A stretch of DNA of 63,670 nucleotides from Octopus bimaculoides (GCF_001194135.2 NC_068994.1:16468506-16532175), one strand, 5' to 3'. Shown: positions 47,203-61,167, counted from the first letter of the stretch. Made by a program: numbers and translations. The notes: a model not told the origin generated them from the letters alone.

Positions 47203-48689
47203 CTACAAAGACAAGATATTTGGGTTTTTTATTCATTAATGACATTTTTATTCATTAATGACATTTTTATTTATTAATGATATGGAAGAGATTTTATATG
47301 ATCTTTTGTTTGAATAAAATCTGTTAGGTTTTATTGTATGTTTTATTTGTTTCAGTCATTGGACTGCAGCCATGCTGTGTCACAGCCTTAAAGGGTTTAG
47401 TTGAACAAATTGACCCCATTACTAAATTTTTTTCAAGTTCTATCAGTCACTTTTGCTGAAATGCTAAGTTATGGAGAAGTAAACAAACCAGCATTGGTTA
47501 TCAAGTGATGATAGTGAGACAAATACAAACACAAAGACATACACACACGCATACGCATGTACATGCATATGCACACACACATGCACACGCGCACGTGCGT
47601 GCACACACACACACACACAAATATGAGACAAACTTCCATGCAATTTCTGTCTACCAAATACACTCACAAGGCACTGGTCAGTCTGAGGTAATAGTAGAAG
47701 ACACATGCCCAAGGTGCCACATACTGGGATTGAACCCAAAACCAAGTGGTTGCAAAATGATTTTCTTTCTTAGCCAAACAGTCATATTGATTGAGGGCTA
47801 AATCAGTGGTTTTCAACCAGGGTCCATATGGCCCTTGGAGGGCCATATAAGATTTTGTTGTTAAAATTTATCTGCAATAAATTTGTTAGGCATGGCTGTG
47901 TGGTAAGAAGCTTGCTTCTCTACCACATGGTTCTGGGTTCAGTCCCACTGTGTGACACCTTGGGCAAGTGTCTTCTACTATAGCCTCAGGTCAACCAAAG
48001 CCTTGTGAGTGGATCTGGAAGATGGAAACTGAAAGAAGCTCATTGTGTATATATATACATACATATATATGTATGTATGTATCTATGTGTGTGTGTCTTT
48101 GTGCTTGTTCTCCCATCACTTCTTAAGAACCAGTGTTGGAGTGTTTACATCCCTGTAACTTATCAGTTTGGCAAAAGAGGCTGATAAAATAAGTACACGG
48201 CTTAAAAATAAGTCCTAGGTCGATTTGTTTGACTAAAACCCTTCAAGGTGGTGCTCCGAAACCATTAAAAGAATAAAAGAAAAAAAATTCACAAAAAAAA
48301 ATTACTGTTGGATGAACATGACCTGTCAAGTTTTTCCCTTTTCTTTTTTCTTTTTTTGGGGGGTGTAAATTTTGGGAAAATGCAAAATAAATGAATGATG
48401 GATAATATATCTGACTACCAACACACAAGTCGTGATTTGATTTGATGTTATTGTTTAGCCCCAAATCAAATCTGATTGAACAAACCTAGGATCCCAAATT
48501 TTCCAATCATGGCCATTACATCATCATCTTCTCATGTAACACAATGCTATTTAACACTCTTGTTTGTTTCTATATTTCCATTGAAATACATTGATTTTGT
48601 TGCAATTGATTTTGAAAATAATAAAGAATTCAGCAAACCAACTTTCTGTTCACTCTGCGAAGCTCATGATGTGTGTGTGTGTGTTTGTG

Positions 48690-49104
48690 GTGGGGAGGAG
48701 TGATCATGAACCAGAGGCTGTGAGAGAAAATGAGAATTACAAGATCTTGTGGGAATTCACCATAAAGACTGACCATAATATTGAAGCAAAAATACCAGAC
48801 ATAATTATAGAGGATAAAACAATCAAATTGTAAGATCATAGATTTTGCAATTCCCTATGATAGCAGAGTCAATACCAAAGAAATCGAAAAAAAAATTGAG
48901 AAATACGAAGACCTAGCCAGAGAGTAGAGGAAACTGTGGATGACCAAGACAACAATTATTCCTGTAGTAATTGGTGCACTTGGTATAATCAAAGTGCTAC
49001 CTAAAAGACTGAAAGAAATTGGAATTGAAACTCGCATTGTTGATCAACAGAAAAGTACCATCCTATATTCTGCAAGAATCCTGAGAAAGAATCTTGAGAT
49101 TTGA
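48690..49104 (+). mobile_element. R4/Dong-like non-LTR retrotransposon, restriction-like endonuclease C-terminus (decayed)
   Basis: HEPEAVRENENYKILWEFTIKTDHNIEAKIPDII...IIDFAIPYD...KYEDLARE...IPVVIGALG...SARILRKNLEI. Confidence 0.8.
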
Positions 49105-49334
49105 GGAGATTTGTTGTCACCAAACTTCAAGATAAGACACCTGCTAACTAAATTAGTATGTACTGATGGCGGTGGTGGTAATGGTGGTGGCTGTCGTGGT
49201 GAACTTGGAGGGTTCAGGGTGGGGCAGTGCCCATTCAAGTGACCATCCAGGTTCATATTCAGAGAAAAGTTTGTGCCAGTTTATGACTTTTCAACCCCAG
49301 GTTGGCTAAAACCATGAGAGACATAAGAAGCTTC

Positions 49335-50190
49335 ATTCTGTCATGAAGGAGAGCAAAAAATTTACTAATGAGTTCATGCATAATACCCAGGTTGAACAGC
49401 ATGATGGAAGTGTAGCAACTGTTGTTGAAAAAAAGGTGAAATCAATGGCAAAGCAAAAAGCATTTGAACAATTGGCTGATAGGTGGGAATGAAAAACACT
49501 GCATGGCAAATATGTGGCCTGTAGCAAATAAGCTGATATAGACCAGAAGCACACCCATCAGTGGCTACTGAGCTCAGGGCAAAAGGCAGAGAGCAAAGGC
49601 TTCATCATAGTTGCTCAAAACCAGAGCTTACTAACCTGGAAGTACTAAGTAAGCATAAGGAAAAATGGAATAAACCCAAAGTGATGATACTGCAATGATG
49701 AAATTGAAACAGTGGACCACCTAATCTCTGGATTTTAACACCAGTAGAGTATAAATCTAGGCATGACAGAGTTGGCCAATATCTACAATGGATAATATGT
49801 CAGCATTATAAAATCAAAACTGCTGGCAAATGATACAAGCAACATCCTGAGGCTATAACTGAAGGAGAAAACATAACAATTCTTTGGGGCTTTCCAGTAC
49901 ATACAGACTGGACCATCAAAGCTAATAAACCAGATATTGTTCTGAAAGACCAAAACAATAAAATCTGTTTATTGATCAATATGAGCATACCTTCTGATCA
50001 TAATATCTTGGCAAAAGAATTTGACAAGCTCAGGAAATATAAAGATTTGCTGGCTGAAATCAAAAAAATGTGGCATCTCAAGATGGTTACAATATCAGTG
50101 ATTGTAGAAGCACTTGGAATGATCAAAAAGGGAACTGAAAATTATTTGAGGATGATGCTTGGCCTATCATCCATGCAGGAAGTGCAAGAG
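49335..50190 (+). mobile_element. Second R4/Dong-like LINE fragment (zinc knuckle plus REL endonuclease), decayed
   Basis: LHGKY..ADIDQKHTHQWL..YCNDEIETVDHLISG..RHDRVG..ILWGFPVHTD..ANKPDIVLKD..KYKDL..EIKKMWHLK. Confidence 0.8.
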
Positions 50191-51200
50191 AAATGTCGTG
50201 AAGCTTTTTGTCTGGTGTGCTAATGATTCTGCCATGCCCAGATGCAGTACCAGGCAGTGGCTCCCATGGCTTCTGATCTTAACTGATTCGAAATGGTATT
50301 GTGTACATGTAAAAGATGGGCTACAGCAAATATTCTGCTCAATACTACAGATTTGCTGGTCAGTTACTTGATCTTAAACAGTTGAGTATGTCCCTTGGTG
50401 GTTGATGATATGTGCATCTCTGATCAACAGTAGAAATAGTGGAGGACATGTGTTGAGAGGAATTCTTTGGGGCTTGAATAATTCACCTCTGGAAACATGT
50501 GTGTTTCATTCATCATCCTTAAACAACCCTTATTCAGAGACCTTTTGAGTGGGAGGGACTACTCGACCTGAAGAAAATTCTCACTGGGCCCCACCTGCAA
50601 AGGCATGCACTGGTCATCTTCATATCAGACCACCATGTTGCGCACATATGGTTGCGATGCACATGCCTGGTGTACCCTTATCAGATGGGTAGTCATGATG
50701 GGTATATTGGGCTTCATATATTTGTACTCCAGTGTCACTTTGATGACATGTGTTGCTCCCTGACTCAATAAAAATAATAATAATAATAATAATAATAATC
50801 CTTTCTACTAAAGGCACAAGGACTGGAACTTAGTGGGAGGGGACTAGTTGATCATATTGACCCAAGTGTTTCACTGATACTTAATTTATCGACCTTGAAA
50901 AGATGAAAGGTAAAGTCGAGCTTGGTGGAATTTGAACTCAGAATGTAAAGACAGATAAAATGTTATTAAACATTTTGCCTAGTGTAGGCGTAAGTGTCTG
51001 TGTGGTAAGTAGCTCGCTTACGAACCACNNNNNNNNNNNNNNNNNNNNNNNNNNNNNNNNNNNNNNNNNNNNNNNNNNNNNNNNNNNNNNNNNNNNNNNN
51101 NNNNNNNNNNNNNNNNNNNNNNNNNNNNNNNNNNNNNNNNNNNNNNNNNNNNNNNNNNNNNNNNNNNNNNNNNNNNNNNNNNNNNNNNNNNNNNNNNNNN

Positions 51201-51254
<54 letters not shown>

Positions 51255-51747
51255 ATATGTTTGTGTGTCTGTGTTTGTCCCCCCAACATCGCTTGACAAT
51301 CGGTGCTAGTGTGTTTACATCTCCGTCACTTAGTGGTTCGGTAAAAAGAGACCGATAGAATAAGTACTAGGCTTACAAAGAATAAGTCCTGTGGTCGATT
51401 TGCTCGACTAAAGGCAGTGCTCCAGCATGGCCACAGTCAAATGACCGAAACAAGTAAAAGAGTAAAGAGTGTGCTAACAACTCTGCCAGCTCACCACCTT
51501 TAACAATAATCAAACAATAACAGACATAATGAAATTCATGCATTATGTTTCTTACATGAAGGAGTCTCTGCAGCAGGAAATAACACTGAATCAGAAATGC
51601 TCATGACTGGATGTTCTGTCAATGATTCCGGAATGCTACTGGTTGGTATCCATTGTACAAGAGAAGAGGCACTTAACATAGACATTATCTCAGTGTTGTT
51701 TTTAATAGCTTCCTCTGAAAAAGAAAAAATATATATATGTATGTCTA

Positions 51748-52032
51748 CAGGGTGTCCACAAAGTCTGGGTACATGGGGATTAACACATACTTAAAGAAAT
51801 TATTATTTCTTATATTTAATTACTCTTTTACTCTTTTACTTGTTTCAGTCATTTGACTGCGGCCATGCTGGAGCACCACCTTTAGTCGAGCAAATTGACC
51901 CTGGGACTTATTCTTTGTAAGCCTAGTGCTTATTCTATCGGTCTCTTTTTGATGGACCGCTAAGTGACAGGGACATAAACACACCATCATCGGTTGTCAA
52001 GCAATGCTAGGGGAACAAACACAGACACACAA

Positions 52033-52099
<67 letters not shown>

Positions 52100-52321
52100 T
52101 ACAATGAGCTTCTTTCAGTTTCTGTCTACCAAATCCACTCACAAGGCTTTGGTCAGCCCGAGGCTATAGTAGAAGACACTTGCTCAAGATGCCATGCAGT
52201 GGGACTGAACCCAGAATCATGTGGTTGGTAAGCAAGCTACTTACCACACAGCCACTCCTGCGCCTATTGTTTATGTTATGATTTTATTTACTCCATGTAC
52301 CCAGACTTTGTGGACACCCTG
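51748..52321. mobile_element. Tc1/mariner-type MITE with perfect 29-bp TIRs, interrupted by a family-3 SINE
   Basis: TA-CAGGGTGTCCACAAAGTCTGGGTACATGG ... CCATGTACCCAGACTTTGTGGACACCCTG-TA. Confidence 0.9.
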
Positions 52322-53929
52322 TATATATATATATATATGTATGTATCAACTATACATCATACGCATGTAACAAATCAACCCCAGTACTCAGTTGTAAGTC
52401 TGGTATTTATTCTATTGGTCTCTTTTATGCTAAGCTGCAATGATATAAACGAACCAGCACCAGTTGCTAAGTGGCAGTGCAGGACAAACACACATGCATA
52501 CATATTATTACTATTCTTCTTCTTCTTCTTATTATTATTATTATTATTATCATTATTGTTATTATTATTATTATAAAGGTGGCTAGCTGGTGGAATCATT
52601 AGCTTGCAAGGCAAAATGACCCCATCATTTCGTCTGTCCTTACGTTCTGACTTCAAATTCCACCAAGGTCGACTTTGCTTTTCATCCTTTTGAGGTCAAT
52701 GAAATAAGTACCAGCAAAACACTGGAGTTAATGTAATCGACTAGTCCCCTCCCACCAAATCTCAGGCTTTGTGCCTTTAGGAGAAAGGATTATTATTATT
52801 ATTATTATTGAGTGTTTATTGAGCGAAAACACCTAAAGTTCCACAAGGCTCCGGCAGGGGATGGTGTCGAACCCTGCTGTACTCTTTCACCATAACTTTC
52901 TCTTACTCTTTCTTCCTGTTTCTGTTGTACCTGTATTTCAAAGGGTCAGCCTTGTCACACTCTGTGTCACGCTGAATCTCCCCGAGAACTATGTTAAGGG
53001 TCTGTGGAGTGCTCAGCCACTTGCACGTTAATTTCACAAGCAGGCTGTTCCGTTGATCGGATCAACTGGAACCCTCGTTGTCGTAACCCACAGAGTGCCA
53101 ATTATTATTATTATTAATTTATATATATATATATAAAGAGACAGACAGACCAAAAGATGCAAATAAACAAATAAATCAATTGGGCTAGATATATAAAATA
53201 TACATACACACACACATGTAAAGAGAGAGAGAAAACAAAGATTGAAAATATACAAGTGATGAACGCTGTTAAGTGTTTTCTATATTGAGCATCTCTGGAT
53301 CTCATCTACTGACTCTCTCTCCCAATATATATTTATATCTCCATTCACCAAATTCACTTTCAAGGCTTTGGTTGGCTTCGGGCTATAGAAGAATATACAT
53401 GTGCAAGGTGCCACGCAGTGGGACTGAACCCAAGACTACATGGTTGGGAAGTAAGCTTCTTAATCATACATCCACACCTGTATTTAATAAGTTTTACTCA
53501 GCTCTACATTACTTCGTAGGTACATAAGAGGAAATATCTACCTTATCAGAGACAAAGTATAGACTTTCAAAGGAATTCAAAATAGCTTCTACATGTTTAA
53601 ACCTCTACTGATCAGCTGCAGTTACGTAGCTGTAATGCTCCTAAAGCAACATCAGTTATTTTCTTTACTTGTAGGTCCATGTGTTGCAGACAGGATATTG
53701 CCTGTATGCTGGATACACTTTGATAACAGGCTGCAGTGTAGTATATGAGGGGGTGCTGAAAAGTTCCTGTCTTTCAGCGTATCATGAAAAGCCTGGTTGG
53801 AGACCCAACCTTTCAAGTTCTTTCACAGGACAAAAACTACCTACAAAGTGACAAAAACTACCTACAACCTCTAGAGAGTCTCCTGAGCATTTGAGAAAAT
53901 CTAATTCCTATGTGTATTTCATGCTTATT

Positions 53930-54590
53930 GTTCCTGCACATCTGCTGCATACAAAGATAACTTTTCTTTAAACCTCCCTATGATTCCACTGCACCTCTGA
54001 TATGTCCATAACTTGCACTGGGTGTAATGAATGGAATTTTTTCCAGCACCTTTCCTACATACTGAGCAGGGCCACTTATCTGATAGAAAGAGTGTCTTAT
54101 TCACTTTCTTGCTAACAACAACTTTGGTCTTTGCTAGGTTAACTTTAATGCCTTTGATTCCAGGTTTTGCTTCCATACCTGAAATTTCTTTTTCAATTCT
54201 GCTCCAGATTATACTATAAGAACGTAATCATCAGTATATAATAGTTCCCACAAGCAGCCAGTGTTTAAAAACCAGACCCTGGTGAACTTCTGCTTCTACA
54301 CTAAATTCACTATTGTATTCATGGTCGACTCTCACCCTACTGACAGCACCTACTACACATGACTTGTATGGCTCTAACAAAAATTCATCTAGTCCTAACT
54401 TCCCTTGAAAGAGCAAGGAACTCTGTCAAAGGTTTTCTCCAGGACAATGAACACCAAATACAATGGTTTACTTTTGGCAAGATACTTTTCCTGCAGCTGT
54501 CCCACTAGGAAGACGGTATCTGTAGTACTCTTCCCTGGCACAAAGCCAAACTGCATCTCATCTAGTCTAATTCTGTTTGCAATCAATTAG
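53930..54590 (-). mobile_element. RTE-clade LINE RT fragment (decayed)
   Basis: MQFGFVPGKSTTDTVFLVGQLQEKYLAK..LEKTFDRVP; WELLYTDD (YADD motif); KVNLAKTKV; KWPCSVCRKG. Confidence 0.85.
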
Positions 54591-54744
54591 GCTCTAACTT
54601 TCTCTGTAACTTTCATGACCTATATATGTATATTTATGCACTAATGTGTGTGTATGTGTGCACGTGCATATGTATGTGTGTGTGTGTGTGTATATGTGAG
54701 TATATATAGATATATGCACATGTGCGCACACACGCACATATATA

Positions 54745-54961
54745 CAAGAGGGTGCTGAAAAGTTCCTGGCTTTGGGTAAAAGAAAATACAAGGGGATGAG
54801 TTAATTATGATTTTATTGAATATATTCCACCTCTCAGATTCACACACTTATTGCAACAGTCCTTCAGTTTTTTAAGCCCTGTAAAAGAACTCAGAAGGTT
54901 GGGCCTCCAACCAAGCCTTTCACAATACCCTTAAATCCAGGAACTTTCCAGTACCGCCTTG
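54745..54961. mobile_element. mariner-type MITE of about 215 bp
   Basis: TA flanks; 25-bp TIRs CAAGAGGGTGCTGAAAAGTTCCTGG / CCAGGAACTTTCCAGTACCGCCTTG. Copies at 61689-61900, and partial copies at 17760, 44310 and 53745. Confidence 0.8.
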
Positions 54962-54963
54962 TA

Positions 54964-55006
<43 letters not shown>

Positions 55007-55029
55007 CTTTCAGACAGACAGACAGACAG

Positions 55030-55430
55030 GTGGATGTGGGCAGTTGATTTACCAAAGATAATACTATATGATAAAGAAAGCATATATTTATGAAGTAGTG
55101 TAAGAGTGAAGAAGACCATGTAATATTTATGTAAGATGGCAGAGCTGAGAGTTTCCTGGGCAGTGAACACTGAAGACATGTCCTTCAGTTAAGACAGAAA
55201 ACACAGTGAACTTTGTGAAAACAATGGATGGGAGGCGATATACTTTTCTGTAGAGATAGGTATTAGAGGATTTGTTGTAACCAGGGTTCACTCAATGCTC
55301 ATGAGTCTTGGACTTGCTGCAAAGGATACAAAAGATGTTGCCAGAAAATTGATGGAAGCTGCTAAGAAAGCCAGCCATTACATCAGGTTTGAGAGAGAGG
55401 ATGAGTGGAGCAGCAAGAACAAGCATTGAG
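55030..55430 (+). mobile_element. Hero-like (R2 group) LINE REL endonuclease remnant
   Basis: ELRVSW...NGWEAIYFSVEIGIRGF...LG...EAAKKASHYI..R..W, matching the recalled pattern ELTVPWE..GW...VEVGCRGF..AAE.AS.WLW; internal stop. Confidence 0.65.
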
Positions 55431-55662
55431 GATAGTAGAAACATCTGTCCCAGAGTTGCAACATTTGATTTACCAAAACTTGTGCTGTTGTACTGGAGTT
55501 TTGTCACCTGTATTGGTGGGTGGCCCTCAGCAGTTCTGGTTTTACAAGGGAAAGGGCAGAAACACCTACAGAGCTGTTTCACTGCTTGATGAGACATCGG
55601 TTCCTGCATTTGGTGATGGGTACAACAGCACCCTCAGATCACAAATCTTTTTTACTCTAAAT

Positions 55663-56277
55663 CAGGGATTCTCAACCATTTCTTACCTATAGACCCCTTT
55701 AATTACTATCTTATTCTGATGGACCCCTCCTGACCCTATAACCATTCCATGTTTAAAAATTAAATTTATAAAAACTTCTTTCAAAATTCCTATTTTGTTT
55801 TTCACACATTAACTTGCATAGGTTGAACTATGTAAAACAGAGAAAGAAACCTAGCTGTTTCTTGCAAACATACCAATACATACATTTAAAGCAAAATCTT
55901 TTCAGGAGCCCTTAAAATACTATTACAGATCCCCAATTTACTATTTTACAGTGCAGACCACCCCCAATCTTATATGGCCCCCTCAGGAGCCATGGTAGAC
56001 CCCCCCCCATAGCCATTTGATGTTTAGAAACTAGTTTTATAGGAACTCCTTTCAAAATTCCTATTTTGTTTTTCACACTTTAACTTGTGTAGGTTGAACT
56101 GTGTAAAACGTTAGAGAAAGAAACCTAGCTGTTTTTTGCAAACATACCAATACAAATATCTAAGTCAAAATTTTTTTCAGAGGTCCTTAAAATACTATTT
56201 ACTATTTTATTGTTTGGACCCCAACAAATCTTATCTAGACCCTCAAGGGTCATATGGACCCTGCTTGAAAACCAATG
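55663..56277. mobile_element. hAT (Charlie-like) MITE with internal tandem duplication
   Basis: 8-bp TSD CTCTAAAT at 55655-55662 and 56278-56285; ends CAGGGATTCTCAA / TTGAAAACCAATG; an internal block of about 200 bp duplicated (about 55780 and 56040). Related ends at about 11428 and 47812. Confidence 0.85.
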
Positions 56278-57749
56278 CTCTAAATAAATAAATGATGAAA
56301 GGCTAAGTTGACCTTGACACGATTTGAACTCAGAATGTAACCAGAAGAAATGCTGCTCAGAATCTTTTCCAAAATTGCTAACAATCCTACCAGTTCACCA
56401 TCTTAGCATATCTTTATAATGAACTGTGACAAACCAATGCGGGAGCCCCTATCTAGCAAAAATGGTGGCCAAATCTCCCTTAAATATATGATAGATATTA
56501 GATATTTGCTCAGTTGAAAATTGAACCAATGCAGCAGACTCACCTTGTTGCTATCTTACCACCATTTTACAACACTTCCACAAATGCTTGAGCAGAATGA
56601 CTCAAAAGTTGCAGAACAAAGAACTGGCAAGACATATTTTTTATTTTTTAATTTCGCTCCACTGTCCATTTCCTAATTCACTTTAATTAATTTAATGAAA
56701 ATAAATTGAATTGATGATCAAATGGCAGCTGAAAATGAAATTTCAGATTTTCAAAATAGACTGAAATATCAGCAATTGTTGCAACATTTGATAAAACTCT
56801 GAGAAACCAGAAGACAATGGTAGTGTTTGTCTCTTTTCTTTCTCTCTCTCTCAAATCTTATTTTTTTTTTTTTGTTTCCTTTCTAACCAACATTCAGTCA
56901 TTCACATAATGATTAATTACATCACTAAAAGTGTAATTTCAATCAATTAGAATTTCTTGGTTTACTATATAAAGTATTCTCACTTAACTGCGGTAATATT
57001 TGTTTCACTAATGAAATAATGAAGTTTTCTTTGAAATGATGTTATTGTTTTAGTTATTTCTTTCCCATTATCNNNNNNNNNNNNNNNNNNNNNNNNNNNN
57101 NNNNNNNNNNNNNNNNNNNNNNNNNNNNNNNNNNNNNNNNNNNNNNNNNNNNNNNNNNNNNNNNNNNNNNNNNNNNNNNNNNNNNNNNNNNNNNNNNNNN
57201 NNNNNNNNNNNNNNNNNNNNNNNNNNNNNNNNNNNNNNNNNNNNNNNNNNNNNNNNNNNNNNNNNNNNNNNNNNNNNNNNNNNNNNNNNNNNNNNNNNNN
57301 NNNNNNNNNNNNNNNNNNNNNNNNNNNNNNNNNNNNNNNNNNNNNNNNNNNNNNNNNNNNNNNNNNNNNNNNNNNNNNNNNNNNNNNNNNNNNNNNNNNN
57401 NNNNNNNNNNNNNNTATATATATACATATATATGACGGGCTTCTTTCAGTTTCCATCTACCAAATCCACTCACAAGGCTTTGGTCGGCCCGAGGCTATAG
57501 TAGAAGACACTTGCCCAAGGTGCCATGCAGTGGGACTGAACCCGGAACCATGTGGTTGGTAAGCAAGCTACTAAGTTGAAAAAAAGATTAGAGATCTATA
57601 CAAATCAAATTTTTATATATAAAAGATGGAGGTGGAAATAGCACAGAAGTAAATCTACGACATTTCAATTTAAGAAGAAATGTAATAAAAATGATTTTTA
57701 AAATTATATGAAGAAAATATTACTGGTTTCAATGGGGGTCAAAAACAGT

Positions 57750-58056
57750 ATAGTAGGGTCAGCTGGGCACTGTCTGTGAGAGAAACAGCACCATGATGCA
57801 ATTCACTTTGCCAGAAATTTGGGAACGACATGCTATACTGCTTGGCATTTGTGCCGGAAGCTCCAATATGAACATTTCAGAGTGTTTGGTTGTCAATCTG
57901 AGGACAGTGCAATCAGAGGACTTGTACTGAGAGTGATAAAAATCAAACAACCAGTCAACATCATGGTGTTTGAAGTGTTCACTAGTGATGGCAACGTTAT
58001 GCCTCCATTCATCTTCCCACATGGCCTCAGACTCTACATCAAGTGCCTGGAGGAAG
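57750..58056 (+). mobile_element. Internally deleted Tc1/mariner transposase remnant
   Basis: N-terminal MMQFTLPEIWERHAILLGICAGSSNMNISECLVVNLRTVQ joined to the DDD-domain piece KQPVNIMVFEVFTSDGNVMPPFIFPHGLRLYIKCLEE. Confidence 0.7.
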
Positions 58057-58223
58057 AGAAAAAGAGAGGAGAGAGAGAGAGAGAGAGAGAGAATGAGAGA
58101 AGGATAGCAGAAGGGGACAACTCATAAGAATATCACTCAGCTGATTGGAAATCTGCAGGTAAATTTTCATTGCCTTAAACTAATCTCAGGTGAAAATAAG
58201 TAAACTTGAAGGGTTGACAATAC

Positions 58224-58493
58224 CTTCGATGATAATAACTTTGGTGGTGCAGTTTTTCTGATAATAATTCCAATTCTCATGGTGTTCCAATGTGTAATTG
58301 ACAGTCATCCACAGCTTACCCTTGCTGAATTGACAGTAGCTGTGTTTGATATTCCAAACAAAGGACCTGCAGGTAAAACCAAGTGTTCCTTCTTCACATA
58401 TATGCTTACACTGTTTCACAGAGACCTGCATGCGATGGGCACTGTAAGTCTCACGTAGGATAGCATTCTTAACCTCTGCATAACGACAGCTAC
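58224..58493 (-). CDS. PAN/Apple-domain exon of the minus-strand membrane protein
   Basis: ttgttttag acceptor, G|GTATTG donor, phase 1-1. SCRYAEVKNAIL...KQCKHICEE..FTCRSFVWN..SYCQFS...NWNYYQKNC has the six-Cys PAN pattern. Confidence 0.85.
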
Positions 58494-59138
58494 CTAAAAC
58501 AAATTGTTATCATTGTCATTATTACTACTAGCACTTGAAGTAGATGGTAAGAGTGACAGGGCGGAAAGAGAGGTGCTGCCCTGAAGAAAATTTAATGGAA
58601 ACGGGTTGGTGTAAATGAAGAAATTGATGAAGATGAGGGAGCCAATTCTTGAAGTCTGTTTTTTGCAGGAAACAGTCATGAAGACATCAAGGATTAGACA
58701 GAATGGAGAGTTTTTATTTAGATTCTTAGTGGAAGTGGGCCTTATCCTCCATGGTGGCTGCTACCCACATTTGGGGAGACGTTTTATTCTTTTGCTGCAT
58801 TCAGTCATTAGACTGTGGCCATACTGGGGCAATGCTTCCAATGCTTTAGCTGATCATATCAATCTAAGTTCTTGTTTCAATTTAGGACTTATTTTTAGAG
58901 ATCACTATTTGTTGAACCTCTAAATTATGAGACATAAAGGAATACAACAGCATTGGGATTTTTTAACATAAACACAGATAAATACACACATACACAAACA
59001 TATAAACCACCGCTTCTTTCCCCTTTTGTTATCTCCCCTTTTTCTTAGCTCTCCTGTGCAAACTTTCTGTCCGGCAGTCGCCATGATAGATCGCTGACCA
59101 CAACATTCAATTTTTTTTCTCCGTGTTTTTCTCCTTAT

Positions 59139-59175
59139 TTTTTCTGTTGAAGAGCATAGCTCGAAATGTTAAAGA
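59139..59175 (+). ncRNA. Degenerate hammerhead motif (family A, second copy)
   Basis: TTTTT-CTGTTGA-A-GAGC(ata)GCTC-GAAAT-GTT-AAAGA; core A6 mutated. Confidence 0.45.
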
Positions 59176-61104
59176 CTTTCTCTATTCCCGAGCGTTAAAC
59201 TAATACATCCTTTTGTTGTTTACACCACCTGTCCTCGTCTGTTGTTGTTTTTTTCATAAATTCTCCCATAAACATACATACACACACACACACATATATG
59301 TATGACAGGCTTCAGTACAGTTTCCACTCTCAATGGTAGGCTGCATCATTACTGAGAAATCATGGTGCAGCCTAACAGCTCTTCATCTCTGCTGGTGAAC
59401 AACACACTTTGCATAATAACGACTGCTTCACAAAGTTTGGCCTTCCACTTCACTGCCAGAAAATACTTCAACCCACAACAACAACAACTAACAATTACTA
59501 AACCTCTATAAAACTCAGACAAGAGACTCACAATGGTATACTTCTCTCACATCTGGGATGGTACTGCTTCTGTTCCCACAGACATTCTAGACTACATCTA
59601 GAGAAAGCTCCACTTGACTGATTATATCCGGCCAAAATATTCTACCATCCAGCAACCTACACCTACCTTACAATGTCATTCTAAAACAAAAATAAACAAT
59701 CACATCATTGAAATCTCAAAACCACAAGATCATGCATGATTAATTGAAAATAATGTGAATAAATAAGCATTACATTTGACAGAGTAATCTGAATACTAAA
59801 GGGATAAAGTCACTCAACATACTCCAATGACCAACCCATAAACATGTTGTCTCCTCTCTCTGCCTTTTCTAAAGCTACAACAGTTGCTTTTCATCCTCAG
59901 TGCTGGCTGGAAACTTATGCCACTTCTATTTGTGCATTCCAAACTCTCTCATCTCTTTTCTTTTCATCAGCCATATTGCCTCTAACTCACACACCAAGAC
60001 CCTACACTAACCACTATACTCAGTACTTTCTACTAGGAATATCATTCCACTGGAATTCCTGTACTGAATGTTAGAGTAGCAGTAGAGCATGGGACAGATG
60101 CTTTGCAACATTTATTTATTTCTCTTCTGAGTTCAAATCCCACCATATTCAAGTATTCTTACACTTTTCTTCTTTTTTTTTTTCTAATTAGATCAAATAA
60201 TACCAGTAAAATACTGGAGCCTATCTAATGAAATATAACCCTCTCTCAAGATTTCAGGCTTTGTGTCTGTTTTAGAAATTATTATCATCGTCATCATCAT
60301 CACTCTGTGTAGGTGAATATATNNNNNNNNNNNNNNNNNNNNNNNNNNNNNNNNNNNNNNNNNNNNNNNNNNNNNNNNNNNNNNNNNNNNNNNNNNNNNN
60401 NNNNNNNNNNNNNNNNNNNNNNNNNNNNNNNNNNNNNNNNNNNNNNNNNNNNNNNNNNNNNNNNNNNNNNNNNNNNNNNNNNNNNNNNNNNNNNNNNNNN
60501 NNNNNNNNNNNNNNNNNNNNNNNNNNNNNNNNNNNNNNNNNNNNNNNNNNNNNNNNNNNNNNNNNNNNNNNNNNNNNNNNNNNNNNNNNNNNNNNNNNNN
60601 NNNNNNNNNNNNNNNNNNNNNNNNNNNNNNNNNNNNNNNNNNNNNNNNNNNNNNNNNNNNNNNNNNNNNNNNNNNNNNNNNNNNNNNNNNNNNNNNNNNN
60701 NNNNNNNNNNNNNNNNNNNNNNNNNNNNNNNNNNNNNNNNNNNNNNNNNNNNNNNNNNNNNNNNNNNNNNNNNNNNNNNNNNNNNNNNNNNNNNNNNNNN
60801 NNNNNNNNNNNNNNNNNNNNNNNNNNNNNNNNNNNNNNNNNNNNNNNNNNNNNNNNNNNNNNNNNNNNNNNNNNNNNNNNNNNNNNNNNNNNNNNNNNNN
60901 NNNNNNNNNNNNNNNNNNNNNNNNNNNNNNNNNNNNNNNNNNNNNNNNNNNNNNNNNNNNNNNNNNNNNNNNNNNNNNNNNNNNNNNNNNNNNNNNNNNN
61001 NNNNNNNNNNNNNNNNNNNNNNNNNNNNNNNNNNNNNNNNNNNNNNNNNNNNNNNNNNNNNNNNNNNNNNNNNNNNNNNNNNNNNNNNNNNNNNNNNNNN
61101 NNNN

Positions 61105-61167
<63 letters not shown>

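Noticed and set aside
56543-56625. Possible extra exon of the minus-strand gene (ccag acceptor, AG|GTGAGT donor)
   Set aside because: All three frames contain stop codons.
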